Positions 19,236 to 29,320 of a stretch of DNA of 64,000 bases are shown one piece after another. The stretch's first letter is position 1. The number at the start of each line of letters is the position of its first letter. The notes beneath the pieces were generated by a model. It was not told where the DNA came from and did no database searches. It worked only from the letters and a program-made list of their open reading frames with translations. A program made the translations under genes and the position numbers. This DNA comes from Planctomycetota bacterium (GTDB lineage: Bacteria > Planctomycetota > UBA1135 > UBA2386): contig JBKAGP010000001.1 in NCBI GenBank assembly GCA_046290465.1, positions 3,168,001 to 3,232,000 of the forward strand, given 5' to 3'.

Positions 19236-20411
19236 TCAGCGGCGCGACGCGCCGAGGCGCAGCACCATGCCGAGGTAGAACATGTGCTCGCCGCGCACGT
19301 CCTCGTCGATGCGGATCGACGGGCGGTTCTCGTTGTCGATGTACGAGTAGTAGCCGTGGAGCGACAGCGACTCGCCGAAGTGGATGTAGGCCTCGGCACC
19401 ACCACCGATGAAGAAGTCGCTGCTCGAGCGGAAGCCGTCCTCGGTCGCGACCTTGGAGTACTGCACGTGCGCGAACGGCGTGATGCTCATCGAGTCGCCG
19501 ATCAGCCAGCGCAGGCGCAGCTGGCCGTCGGCCCACTGGTGGCCGATCGGACGGGTGCCCTCGAAGTTGTAGACGCGGTCCTTCTCGTCCTGGAAGCCAC
19601 CGGTGACGAACACCTCCCAGGTGACCAGGTCCGAGGCCGGGATGTACCACTCCAGGCGGCCGCGGGCGCGCCACACCGCGTCGGGCAGGCGCGTCGAGTT
19701 GAGCGCGGTGCCGAACGGCTGCGAGGCGTTGTTCCACTCACGTTCGCCGATCAGCGTCAGCACGAAGCCCTGCTGCGGCAGGCCGCGCCGCCGGTCCATC
19801 TGCACCGCGCGCTGCTCGATGTAGAGGCGGCCGCCGTAGGCGTCGTAGTCCTCCGGGATCGTGTAGGTGATCGAGGTCAGGTCCGAGCGCGAGAAGTCGT
19901 GCGCGCGGTAGTACGGGCCGAACTCGATGTAGAGGCCGTCCTGCGCCTCACGGCCGAAGCCGAGGTAGGCCTCGTAGTCCGAACCGTCGTAGAAGCCGTT
20001 CTGACGCAGCTCGTCGGCCTCGTAGAAACCGTCGCGATAGAACATCCACGGTCTCGCGTGGAACTCGAGCCGCGTCAGCGTGTCGTCGCCGATCAGCTTG
20101 CCGTCGGTGAAGCCCGCGAAGATGCCATCGCGCCCCGCGTACGCCTCGAGCGTGCCGCGCCGCGACCCGAACGACTCGTCGCGGTAGTAGACCTTGGCGT
20201 CCCAGCTGATGTCGCTCTCGAGGCCGCGCAGCGCGTTGCTGCTGTCGCGCCCCTCGGCGTGCGTGCCGATCGCGCCGAGCTCGATCTGGAAGATCGACGA
20301 GTACGGCTGCGCCGCGTTGCGCGCGTCGACCAGGTCCTGGAACGACTGGGCGCCGACGGACGCGCAGCAGAGAGCGAGGGCGCCGCAGGCCCGTGACAGG
20401 GGTTGGTTCAT
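19236..20411 (-). CDS. Probable outer-membrane beta-barrel protein
   Basis: Signal peptide, alternating aromatic-rich amphipathic strands, and a C-terminal strand FYLGMVLRLG. Confidence 0.65.
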   Translation of the reverse strand: MNQPLSRACGALALCCASVGAQSFQDLVDARNAAQPYSSIFQIELGAIGTHAEGRDSSNALRGLESDISWDAKVYYRDESFGSRRGTLEAYAGRDGIFAGFTDGKLIGDDTLTRLEFHARPWMFYRDGFYEADELRQNGFYDGSDYEAYLGFGREAQDGLYIEFGPYYRAHDFSRSDLTSITYTIPEDYDAYGGRLYIEQRAVQMDRRRGLPQQGFVLTLIGEREWNNASQPFGTALNSTRLPDAVWRARGRLEWYIPASDLVTWEVFVTGGFQDEKDRVYNFEGTRPIGHQWADGQLRLRWLIGDSMSITPFAHVQYSKVATEDGFRSSSDFFIGGGAEAYIHFGESLSLHGYYSYIDNENRPSIRIDEDVRGEHMFYLGMVLRLGASRR

Positions 20412-21388
20412 CCGTTCGAGTCCTCGCGCTTCTTGGTGTTCTCGGAGGCCGACCGCACCATCGGGTGCGACTGGTCGAGCACGATCACGGAGTAGGGGTG
20501 GTCGGCGTACTGGTTCTCACGCTCCTCGATCCGGATCACGCCGCGGTGGCGCAGTTCGTTGATCAGGGCGCGACGCTCGGGGTGCACCAGGCCGCTGAAG
20601 TGTTGGCTCATCGGACCTTTGAGGAACGGCGACAGCCAGACTTCCGAGCTGCCGTGGCGAACCTGCGCGCGCAGGATCAGCTCGACGCACTGGTGCAGGC
20701 GCTCGCCGACGTGCGCGTCCTGCGGCAGCTCGTCGGTGCGCCAGGTGACCGGGATGTGGCCGACGATGGCGGCCTTGTGCGGGTCGTCCTCGGTCGCCTT
20801 CTCGCCCTCCGGCGGCGCCGGCTGCTCGCCCGGCTCGACCTCGGGCGTGCCGTTGGCGGCGGGCGGGGCCGGGGCCGGCTTCGGCGGTGTCTCGATCTCG
20901 ATCAGGTCGAGCGCGTTCCAGAACCGGTCCTTGCCGACGCGCATGCGCAGGTCGCCGGAGGTGCTGTCCGGGATCGCGACGACGCGCAGCTCGCGGTTCT
21001 CCTCGAGCACCTGGCGGGCGATCGGGATGAAGTCGCGGTCGCCGCTGACGATCACGATCGCGTCGATGTCGGGGCGGCGGTAGAGCACGCGGCAGACGTC
21101 GCAGGCGAGCTGCACGTCGGCCGAGTTCTTGCCGGCGTGGCCGACCAGCACGTACTGCGGGTCGAAGCCCATCAGCGCGAGGTCGTGCGCGACCTCCATG
21201 CCCGGATAGGTGTCGAACGCCGCATAGCTGCGGCCGAGCACCATCGGCGCCTTGTCCTGGTGCAGGCGCTCCTTCAGCTGCTCGAGGATGCCGAGCGACA
21301 GTTCGCGGATCCGCAGGCCGCTGAGCTCTTCGCGGTTCTTGAGGGACAGGAACAGGTTCTCGAAATCGACGAAGACGGCTGCATGCAT
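20408..21388 (-). CDS. NYN-domain (PIN-like) protein with C-terminal winged-helix/LOTUS-like domain
   Basis: VFVDFEN, GKNSADVQL and IVSGDRDFIP motifs, followed by a Pro-rich linker. Confidence 0.85.
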   Translation of the reverse strand: MHAAVFVDFENLFLSLKNREELSGLRIRELSLGILEQLKERLHQDKAPMVLGRSYAAFDTYPGMEVAHDLALMGFDPQYVLVGHAGKNSADVQLACDVCRVLYRRPDIDAIVIVSGDRDFIPIARQVLEENRELRVVAIPDSTSGDLRMRVGKDRFWNALDLIEIETPPKPAPAPPAANGTPEVEPGEQPAPPEGEKATEDDPHKAAIVGHIPVTWRTDELPQDAHVGERLHQCVELILRAQVRHGSSEVWLSPFLKGPMSQHFSGLVHPERRALINELRHRGVIRIEERENQYADHPYSVIVLDQSHPMVRSASENTKKREDSNG

Positions 21389-21476
21389 GACAATCGGCGG
21401 ACAGTGGACAGTTCGGACAACATAGCGCGCGCGCGACGCCTGGACGCGCGCGCGGCGGGGCTCGGTCGGCGAGGGG

Positions 21477-23510
21477 TCAGGCCGACGGGAGCGGACCCGG
21501 GACAGTGTCGCCGGGAGCGTCGCCGCCGCCAGCACTATCACGTTCTCGGGGCTGCTCGACCGTAACCGGGTCGTCGCCGCCGAGTTCGGCGTCGTCGTCG
21601 ACCAGATAGGTGTAGGCCGACAGCCCCTCCTCGTAGCGCCGCATCAGCAGCGCCGATTCCTTCATGTTGAGTCGTCGCGCACGCACCGCATCCTCGAGGC
21701 GACGGCGCATGCGGCGGACCAGCTCCTGCTTCTCGTACTGCACGTAGCCGAGCACCTCGGTCACCGAGTCGCCCTCGATGACCCGCTCGATCCGGTAGCC
21801 GTGGTCCTCGTCGCACGACACGTGGATCGCGTTGGTGTCGCCGAACAGGTTGTGCAGGTCGCCGAGGATCTCCTGGTAGGCACCGACCAGGAACATCGCG
21901 ACGTAGTAGGGCTTGCCCGGCGTGATCGGGTGCACCTCGAGCACGTCCTTGACGTCGCGCAGGTCGATGAACTTGTCGACCTTGCCGTCGCTGTCGCAGG
22001 TCAGGTCGACCAGCGTCGCGCGGCGCGTCGGGCGTTCGTGCAGCCGGTGGATCGGCATCGTCGGGAACAGCTGCTTGACCGCCCAGTGGTCCGGCGCCGA
22101 CTGGAACACCGAGAAGTTGCAGTAGTAGGTGTCGGCGAGCGCGCGCTCGAGTCGCTGCAGCTCCTCCGGAACGTACTCGAGCGACGCCGTGATCTGGCGC
22201 AGGCGGCCGCAGATCGCCCAGAACAGGCGCTCCGCGATCGCGCGCCCCTTCAGGTCGAGGTAGCCCAGCGTGAACAGGCTGGTCGCCTCCTCCTTGAGCT
22301 GCAGCGCGTCGTGGTAGCTCTCCTGGAAGTTCTTCAGCGACAGCTGCTCCAGGATCTGCAGCATGTTCGCGATCGTCTGGTTGTCGTACTCGGCCGCGCC
22401 CTCAGGCACGTCGGTGCGCTGGCTCGACACGCCGAGCACGTCGAACACCAGGATCGCGTGGTGCGCCGTCAGCGCGCGCCCCGACTCGCTGACGATGTCC
22501 GGGTGCGGGATGCCCTTGTCGTCGCAGGCCTGCTGCACCGCGAACACCACGTCGTTGGCGTATTCCTGCAGCGAGTAGTTGGCCGAGCTGTGGAAGTTGG
22601 TCTGCGAGCCGTCGTAGTCGACCGCGAGGCCGCCCCCTACGTCGAGGAACTTGAGGCCGGCGCCGAGGTCGTGCAGTTCGGTGTAGAACCGGGTCGCCTC
22701 CTTGAGCGCGTCCTTGATGGCGCGGATCGCCGTGATCTGGCTGCCGATGTGGAAGTGCAGCAGCTCGAGGCAGTCGAGCATGTCGACCTCCTTGAGCCGT
22801 TCGACGACGTCGATGATCTCCCCGGCGGTCAGGCCGAACTTCGACTTCTCGCCGCCCGACTCCTGCCACTTGCCGGCGCCGCGCGACGCGAGCTTGGCCC
22901 GCACGCCGATGTGCGGCCGCAACCCCAGCCGCTGGCTGACCTCGATGACCGCCTCGAGTTCGTCGAAGCGGTCGATCACGATGATCGTGTGCAGGCCCAT
23001 CTTCTTGGCCAGCACCGCGGTCTCGATGTAGCTGAGGTCCTTGTAGCCGTTGCAGATGATCACCCCGTCCGGGTTGGTCATGTGCGCGAGCACGACCAGC
23101 AGCTCGGGCTTGCTGCCGGCCTCGAGGCCGAGCGCGTGGTCGCGCCCGAACTCGACCAGTTCCTCGACGACGTCGCGCTGCTGGTTGACCTTGATCGGGA
23201 ACACCGGCCGGTAGCGCCCCTGGTACGCCCCCTCCTGGATCGCGGTCGCGAACGAACCCGCCAACGCCTGCACGCGCTTCTGCAGGATGTCCGACACGCG
23301 CAGCAGCATCGGCAGCTCGATGCCGCGATTGCGCAGGTCGTCGACCAGCTCCGGCAGCGAGAACTTCGGACCGTCCGCGCCCTGCGGCTGCACCAGCAGC
23401 TCTCCGCGGTCGTTGATCGCGTAGGTGTCGCCGCCCCAAGCGGCCAGCTGGTACAGTTCGACGCTGTCGCGCGTGGTCCACGCGCGCAGCTCCTTCTCGG
23501 GGGTGCTCAA
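21477..23510 (-). CDS. speA: Biosynthetic arginine decarboxylase
   Basis: VFPIKVNQ (PLP Lys), GLEAGSKPEL, HFHIGSQ, DVGGGL, DLTCDSDG and GAYQEILGDLHNLFGD motifs. TTG start inferred from an upstream AGGAG. Confidence 0.95.
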   Translation of the reverse strand: MSTPEKELRAWTTRDSVELYQLAAWGGDTYAINDRGELLVQPQGADGPKFSLPELVDDLRNRGIELPMLLRVSDILQKRVQALAGSFATAIQEGAYQGRYRPVFPIKVNQQRDVVEELVEFGRDHALGLEAGSKPELLVVLAHMTNPDGVIICNGYKDLSYIETAVLAKKMGLHTIIVIDRFDELEAVIEVSQRLGLRPHIGVRAKLASRGAGKWQESGGEKSKFGLTAGEIIDVVERLKEVDMLDCLELLHFHIGSQITAIRAIKDALKEATRFYTELHDLGAGLKFLDVGGGLAVDYDGSQTNFHSSANYSLQEYANDVVFAVQQACDDKGIPHPDIVSESGRALTAHHAILVFDVLGVSSQRTDVPEGAAEYDNQTIANMLQILEQLSLKNFQESYHDALQLKEEATSLFTLGYLDLKGRAIAERLFWAICGRLRQITASLEYVPEELQRLERALADTYYCNFSVFQSAPDHWAVKQLFPTMPIHRLHERPTRRATLVDLTCDSDGKVDKFIDLRDVKDVLEVHPITPGKPYYVAMFLVGAYQEILGDLHNLFGDTNAIHVSCDEDHGYRIERVIEGDSVTEVLGYVQYEKQELVRRMRRRLEDAVRARRLNMKESALLMRRYEEGLSAYTYLVDDDAELGGDDPVTVEQPRERDSAGGGDAPGDTVPGPLPSA

Positions 23511-23715
23511 CTCGGGAGTGCTCCTGGAACGCTGCCGACCGCAGGCTGCCACGCCGCTGTGGTTCGCCCTGCTCGCGCTTCGCGTTCGCGCGGATTACAC
23601 CCGACGTGGACCGTACCATGCACGGATGACGGGACTTTTTCGTGGCAGCACGAACCGCGCCGGCGCCGCGCGGAGGCTGGCCCGACGGCCGTTCGCAGCT
23701 TAAGGTCCTCGCCCC

Positions 23716-24954
23716 GTGACCACGCCAGAACCGCAACCGAGCCCGCTGCGCAGCCAGGACGCCGAAGTCGCCGACTGGCTCCAGCGGGAGGACAAGCGCC
23801 AGTCCACCACGCTGACGCTGATCGCATCCGAGAACCACTGCTCCGCCGCCGTGCGCGAGACCGGCCACAGTCGCCTGACCGACAAGTACGCCGAGGGCTA
23901 TCCGTCGCGCCGCTACTACGGCGGCTGCGAGGTCGCCGACGCGGTCGAGGACCTCGCCCGTTCGCGCGCCAAGGAGCTGTTCGGGGCCGAGGCCGCCAAC
24001 GTGCAGCCGCACTCGGGCACCACCGCCAACCTGTCGGCGCTGATGGCGCTCGCGGGCACCAACGGCAAGATCGTCGGCATGTCGCTCAAGGACGGCGGGC
24101 ACCTCAGCCACGGCCACCCGAAGAGCCACACCGGCATGCTGTTCGAGCCGAAGCAGTACGGCGTCGACGCCGACGGCCGGATCGACATGGACGAGGTGCG
24201 CGACCTCTGCAAGGAACACCAGCCCAAGGTCCTGATCGCCGGCGGCAGCGCCTATGCCCGCGTGATCGACTACCAGGCGTTCGCCGACATCGCCAAGGAG
24301 GTCGGCGCCTACCTGCTGGCCGACATCGCGCACCCGGCCGGCCTGATCGCCGCCGGCGTGCTGCCGAGCCCGGTCGGCATCGCCGACGTGGTGACGATGA
24401 CCACGCACAAGACGCTGCGCGGCCCGCGCGGCGGCATGATCCTGGCGAGCGAAGAGGTCGCCAAGAAGATCAACTCGTCGGTGTTCCCCGGCTCGCAGGG
24501 CGGCCCGATCATGCAGCAGATCGCCGGCAAGGCGGTCGCGTTCGGCGAAGCGCTGCAGCCCGCGTTCCGCGACTACCAGCAGCAGGTCAAGGCCAACGCC
24601 GCGCACCTCGCCGCGTGCCTGCAGAACGCCGGCCTCAAGATCGTCTCCGGCGGCACCGACAACCACATCGTGCTGGTCGACCTGCAGGGAACGGACGTGA
24701 CCGGCGCCGACGTCGAGGAACGCGCGCTGGTCGCCGGCCTCGCGGTCAACAAGAACGCGGTGCCCAACGACCCGCGCCCGCCGATGGTCACCTCCGGCCT
24801 GCGCCTGGGCACGCCGGCGGTCACGACCCGCGGTTTCGGCACCGCCGAAATCGACGCCGTCGCAGATATCGTGATCGGACTGGTGCGCGGGGAGGACCCG
24901 CAGCGCTATCGTTCGATCGTGCAGGAACTCTGCGAAGCGCACCCGCTGCCGTAG
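23716..24954 (+). CDS. glyA: Serine hydroxymethyltransferase
   Basis: LIASEN, KYAEGYP..RYYGGC, NVQPHSG, TTHKTLRGPRGG and SGLRLGTPA motifs. Confidence 0.97.
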   Translation: MTTPEPQPSPLRSQDAEVADWLQREDKRQSTTLTLIASENHCSAAVRETGHSRLTDKYAEGYPSRRYYGGCEVADAVEDLARSRAKELFGAEAANVQPHSGTTANLSALMALAGTNGKIVGMSLKDGGHLSHGHPKSHTGMLFEPKQYGVDADGRIDMDEVRDLCKEHQPKVLIAGGSAYARVIDYQAFADIAKEVGAYLLADIAHPAGLIAAGVLPSPVGIADVVTMTTHKTLRGPRGGMILASEEVAKKINSSVFPGSQGGPIMQQIAGKAVAFGEALQPAFRDYQQQVKANAAHLAACLQNAGLKIVSGGTDNHIVLVDLQGTDVTGADVEERALVAGLAVNKNAVPNDPRPPMVTSGLRLGTPAVTTRGFGTAEIDAVADIVIGLVRGEDPQRYRSIVQELCEAHPLP

Positions 24955-25020
24955 ACCTGCGCCGACCGCGGCGCCTGCCGCGGCGCCCTGTGTCTCCAAC
25001 GCTCCCCTGACCTCGCACCC

Positions 25021-25656
25021 TTGTCCCGCTCGTCGGACAATGTGTCCCGCGACCTCGCCACGTTGCGGCTGCTGAAGGCCGGCGACGCCCAAGGGCTCGC
25101 CCGGCTGATCGAGGACCACGGACCGCACGTGCAGGCCCACCTGCGGCGCAAGTTCCACGGCACGCTCGACCGCTGGCAGATCGAGGATGCGGTCAGCCTC
25201 GCGGCGATCCGGGCCTGGCAGTCGGCCCACCGGTTCGACCCCGAGCTCGGCCGGCTGCGCGCCTGGTTCGCGGTGATCGCCCGCAACTGCGCACTGAGCC
25301 TGGTGGCGCAGCGGCGCAGCGAACGCACCGTCGCGATCGACGACCTCGATCCGGCCGTATTCGGCTACACCGCGGTGGACGAGGTCGAACGCATGCGGCT
25401 GGTGCTCGACGTGCACCGTGCCATCGAGACCCTGCCCAACCTGCAGCGCCTGGTCCTGCTCGCCGACCTCAACGCCGGCGAACCGCTGCCCGGCCCGGAG
25501 CTGGCGCGCCGCTTCGGCTCGGCCCTCTCCAGCATCTACGTGGCCCGCCTCCGCGGCCGCCGCCGCCTGCGCAAGCTGCTACACCGGATGGGGTATGGGC
25601 CTGGACGACGGCGCAATGATCGGCCACCATTGGGGCCGGAGAGTGCTGCCCAGTGA
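25021..25656 (+). CDS. ECF-type RNA polymerase sigma factor
   Basis: Region 2 (IEDAV..AW..FDPELGRLRAW..IARN) and a region 4-like HTH. Start uncertain (TTG 25021 or GTG 25042). Confidence 0.8.
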   Translation: MSRSSDNVSRDLATLRLLKAGDAQGLARLIEDHGPHVQAHLRRKFHGTLDRWQIEDAVSLAAIRAWQSAHRFDPELGRLRAWFAVIARNCALSLVAQRRSERTVAIDDLDPAVFGYTAVDEVERMRLVLDVHRAIETLPNLQRLVLLADLNAGEPLPGPELARRFGSALSSIYVARLRGRRRLRKLLHRMGYGPGRRRNDRPPLGPESAAQ

Positions 25657-26357
25657 GCCGAAGAAGAGAACGGGAAGAGGACGACGCGCTCTGGCAGCGC
25701 ATCCAAGATGCGAACACCCCGTCGCGAGCCGAGATGGCGCGCGCCGAGCTGGAGTTGCAGACCGTAGAGCCGGATCCGACGTTTGCCGTCGATGCGGTTC
25801 GGTTGAGTACTGCGGCGGCGCCGGTGCGGAAGCGGGGTGGGCGCTCTCGGTGGATGACCGCAGCAGCCGCACTACTGGTGGTCTGCGGCGTGGCCTTCGT
25901 AGGCAAACCCTATTGGGATCAGCCATTCACCGAGGGACGCAGCTTCGATGACATCCTTGCCCTCATCGAACTCCCGCCGGACCGACAGAATGCTCAGCTA
26001 GCCGTAGGCCCGGTATCGGATGTGTGCCTGCGCTGCGTACGAACGCTGCGCAAGCTCGGCGAACACGAGTATCCCTCGGTTGCCGACGCAGCGAAGGCAT
26101 CACTGGACCGCTTCCGAACGGGAGAGGCCCAAGACGTTGGGCGTCCCTACACCAGCTACGTCGCCGCGGTATTCCTTGCGCGGGACGAGCAAGCATCGGA
26201 AGCGGACCTGTTGGACGCCGTCGTCAGCCTGGAGAGCCTCGGCTGCCTGTGCCTCAAAGCCATGAAGGCGTTCGAGGCACACCCTGAGTCAGATGCTGGC
26301 TTGATGCTCGCCGTCGACCTCGACAAGTTCGCGAAGGTCGTTGGGATCAAGGACTGA
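25653..26357 (+). CDS. Single-TM putative anti-sigma factor
   Basis: GTGA overlap with the sigma gene. One TM helix (WMTAAAALLVVCGVAFV), then a helical domain with CxxC. Confidence 0.55.
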   Translation: MSRRREREEDDALWQRIQDANTPSRAEMARAELELQTVEPDPTFAVDAVRLSTAAAPVRKRGGRSRWMTAAAALLVVCGVAFVGKPYWDQPFTEGRSFDDILALIELPPDRQNAQLAVGPVSDVCLRCVRTLRKLGEHEYPSVADAAKASLDRFRTGEAQDVGRPYTSYVAAVFLARDEQASEADLLDAVVSLESLGCLCLKAMKAFEAHPESDAGLMLAVDLDKFAKVVGIKD

Positions 26358-26705
26358 GAAGCGGCCCTTCGCCGAACCGATTGGACGCATCAGCTCAGCC
26401 GCTCCCGGTCCGTAGAAGTAGGCTCGATCCCAGTCGCCATCGACAACCCACTCGACCGTCCCCTGGCCGTTCGCGTCGAGGGTGACATCGATCGAGACCT
26501 CCTCGTCGAACGGAGCCGCAGCGCCGTTCGAAATCGTGATGGTGATGGTCTCGCCGGCTCGCGACGGATCCGAGTATTCGATCTTCACCGTCTCCCCAGC
26601 CTGCAGCACCCCCGAGGTGCCGAGGTTGAGCTGCTGCGCCGTCGCCATCGACGTGAGCACGAACAGGGTGAATAGAATGGAGAACTTGGTGCGAAACGTA
26701 TTCAT
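26289..26705 (-). CDS. Small secreted Ig-like protein
   Basis: Signal peptide MNTFRTKFSILFTLFVLTSMATAQ and a beta-rich mature part (GETVKIEY..ITITI..VTLDANGQGTVEW). Its 3' end overlaps the convergent gene by 69 bp. Confidence 0.65.
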   Translation of the reverse strand: MNTFRTKFSILFTLFVLTSMATAQQLNLGTSGVLQAGETVKIEYSDPSRAGETITITISNGAAAPFDEEVSIDVTLDANGQGTVEWVVDGDWDRAYFYGPGAAELMRPIGSAKGRFSVLDPNDLRELVEVDGEHQASI

Positions 26706-26855
26706 GGGCTTCTTTTCCCCGCTCCGGCGCACGCCGGACCAAGGTTTGGAAGGATCCCATGGAAAACCCTGAGAGGTCGGCAGGGCGCTTGCGGTCCCCT
26801 GCCGCAACGGCCCTTCGCAGCGACCGATTGCCGCGCCGACACGCGCGCCGTTTTT

Positions 26856-26942
26856 CTAGGAGCGCGTCCATGCAGTGGACGCGCTGCCAACCGGGATCGC
26901 GAAAGCGGCGTCGACGCGTGCGGACTGGGCTTTGCCCGCTAG
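26856..26942. repeat. 87-bp structured repeat, copy 1 (REP/MITE-like or ncRNA)
   Basis: 78/87 identical to 29192-29278 by manual alignment. Begins and ends with CTAG and contains three hairpins. Confidence 0.85.
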
Positions 26943-27176
26943 CGCGGCTCGGGCATCAGCGGCGCGCTCCCGCGCCGCGCCGGGACGCAGCGCCCCTCCT
27001 GGCCGCCGGCGCAGCAAACCTTGCCCTCGCCCTGGTCGCGCAGCTGCACGAGCGAGCCCGGCAGCGGGATTGGCGTCGAGGGCCATGGACACCACAACGG
27101 ACGCATCGGCGACTCCGGGTTCGCGAAGATTTGGGGACATCCCGGCCGCATGGGCAACCCGTAGGATCACCACCGC

Positions 27177-29195
27177 ATGCTCGCTCCCCTGTTGGCCGCA
27201 TTCTCGCTCTCCCTCGCCCCACCGGCACCGACCTGGGCGGACATCCCACAGGACCCGCCGCGGGTCGCGTGGCAGCGCAGCCTCGACGACGCGCTGGCGC
27301 TGCAGCAGCAGACCGGGCTGCCGCTGCTGATCGCGGTCAACATGGACGGCGAGGTGTTCAACGAACGGTTCGCCGGCACTACCTACAAGAGCCGCGCGTT
27401 CGTCGAGTCGACCAAGGGCTACGTCTGCGTCATCGCGTCGCCCAACCGTCACACCGAGAGCGACTACGACGCGCTCGGCAACCGCATCGAGTGCCCGCGC
27501 TTCGGCGGCTGCACCTGCAGCGAGCACATCAACATCGAGCCGGAGCTGTTCCGCCGCTACTTCAACGGCAACCGCAACGCGCCGCGCCACGTCGGCGTCG
27601 GCACCGACGGCGAGATCCTCTACGACCGCTTCCTCGACCGCAGCATGCAGACCGCGATCGACGCGATCGCCAAGCACCGCGGCGACGCCGAGCCGGCCCA
27701 CCTGAAGCCGACCGACGACGTCGCCGAGATGTTCCGTCGTCGCGACGCGATGGCGCGCTCGCTGCTCGAACAGCGCTACCGCAAGGCAGACGCCTCGGGG
27801 CGGCGCGAACTGCTGCAGCGCGCGGCGAAGGCCGACAACGACCCGGTCGACCTGCTGCGCATGGGGCTGCGTGATCCGGACGGAGACCTGGTCGGCCTGG
27901 CGGCGATCGCGCTCGGCCAGGTCGGCGGCAGCAACGCGCTGATCGACATCGAGGACGCGCTGGCGCGCGTCGAGGACCAGCAGATCCGCGCGCAGCTGGT
28001 CGAGCAGCTGCAGAAGCTCGGGCGCACCGACAAGGCCGCGGCGCGCATGGCCGCGCACTTCTCGCGCGAGGCCGAGCAGGCGCCGCAGCCGTGGCGCAAC
28101 GAGTGGCGCAGCGGCGATCTGCTGCAGGGCCGCGAGGGCATCGAACGGGAGCTGGACCGGGTCGAGGGTGCGATCGGCAAGAACCCGAAGGACGACACGC
28201 TGCGGTTCGAACTCGCGACCGCCCAGGCCGCGTTCGCGACCATGCTGATGCAGGAGGGCGGCGCCGGCATCGAGTTCTGGCTGACCGACGCCGCCAACAA
28301 CGTCGGCAAGGTCTCCGCCGAGGAGCTGCGCGCCGAGGCGCGGGCGCTGACCGCGATCGTGGCGTGGTACCGTTCGGACGCCGAACTCGCGCAGCGGGCC
28401 GCGACCGAAGCGCTCACCGAGACCGCCAGCGCGCGCCGCCCGGACGCCTGGCTGGCCGCGAACTTCTTCGACGTGCTGCTGCAGCTGTCGGCCCAGAGCG
28501 CCTATGCACGCGCGCAGCAGGACGAGCAGACAAGCCTCGCCGGCGAGATCGCGCGCGCCCACACCGCGCTCGCGCTACTCGAGGACCGCGACGCCGGCCA
28601 GCAGCGCGGCCTGCTCGCCGGCATCGGCCTGCTCGAGTTCGCCGGCCTGCGCGCCGAGGCCCGCGGCCACCTCGAACGGCTGGTGCAGCGGTTTCCGGCG
28701 TCGCTCGACGTGCACAACCGGTGGCGCAACCGGATGCTGATCGACTGGGGGGCCGAGCGCATGCGGCACCGCTACGCCAAGTACGCGAGCGACGCCGACG
28801 ACCGGGCGACGGCCGAGTGGTATGCGGGCTACGCCGCGCTGGTGGCCGGGGACCGTCACACCCAGGACGAGCGCCGCATCGAGGCCGACAACGCCTACAC
28901 CGACGCGATCGAACGGTTCGCGCGCAGCGCCGCAGCCAACGCCGACTACGCCGACTCGTCCAACCACTACGCGGTGTTCGCGCTGGCCGGCCGGGCTCTG
29001 GTCCGGCACGGACGCGGCCAGAGCAAGGCCGCGGTCGACGACCTGGTGCGCGCCGCCGAGCTGCGACCGGAGACCCTGGACCTCGACGACAGCCTGCAGC
29101 GCAAGCCACGCGGGATCGCGATCCGCGTGCACGGCGAGCTGCAGAAGGCCGGCAAGGCCGAACTCGCCGCCCGCCTGCAGCCGCTGCTGCCCTTG
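27177..29195 (+). CDS. Exported protein: thioredoxin-like N-terminus, HEAT-like and TPR-like helical repeats; the expected stop codon is missing
   Basis: Signal peptide, VAWQRSLDDAL...PLLIAVN, CPRFGGCTCSEH, then Ala-rich helical repeats ending RLQPLLP. The next codon is TTG (29193-29195), where repeat copy 1 has TAG. The frame formally stays open to 30431. Confidence 0.7.
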
Positions 29196-29278
29196 GAGCG
29201 CGTCCATGTAGTGGACGCGCTGCCGACCGTGATCGCGGAAGCGGCGTGTACGCGTGCGGACGGGGCTTTGCCCCCTAG
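29192..29278. repeat. 87-bp structured repeat, copy 2
   Basis: Direct repeat of 26856-26942. Starts CTTG and ends CTAG. Confidence 0.85.
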
Positions 29279-29320
29279 CCATGCCCCTGCCGGGGACCGG
29301 GGCTTGCCTCGACCCCATAT

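Noticed and set aside
20408..21388. NYN nuclease as part of a defence or toxin system
   Set aside because: It sits in a housekeeping context (speA, beta-barrel gene) with no antitoxin or defence partners.
23511..23715. Riboswitch (ZTP/glycine/THF) upstream of glyA or speA
   Set aside because: I could not recognise the conserved motifs by eye. An Rfam cmscan would be needed to exclude one.
21801..25416. Very long antisense or alternative-frame ORFs (e.g. 21801..25010, 22402..25416; also 32488..35706, 48869..51703, and the 5' part of 58508..62275)
   Set aside because: They are Arg/Ala/Pro-rich shadows of well-supported genes, as expected at this GC content.
26856..29278. Composite transposon carrying the TPR gene
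   Set aside because: There is no transposase, the repeats are short and direct, and I saw no duplicated target outside them. It is kept only as a repeat finding.
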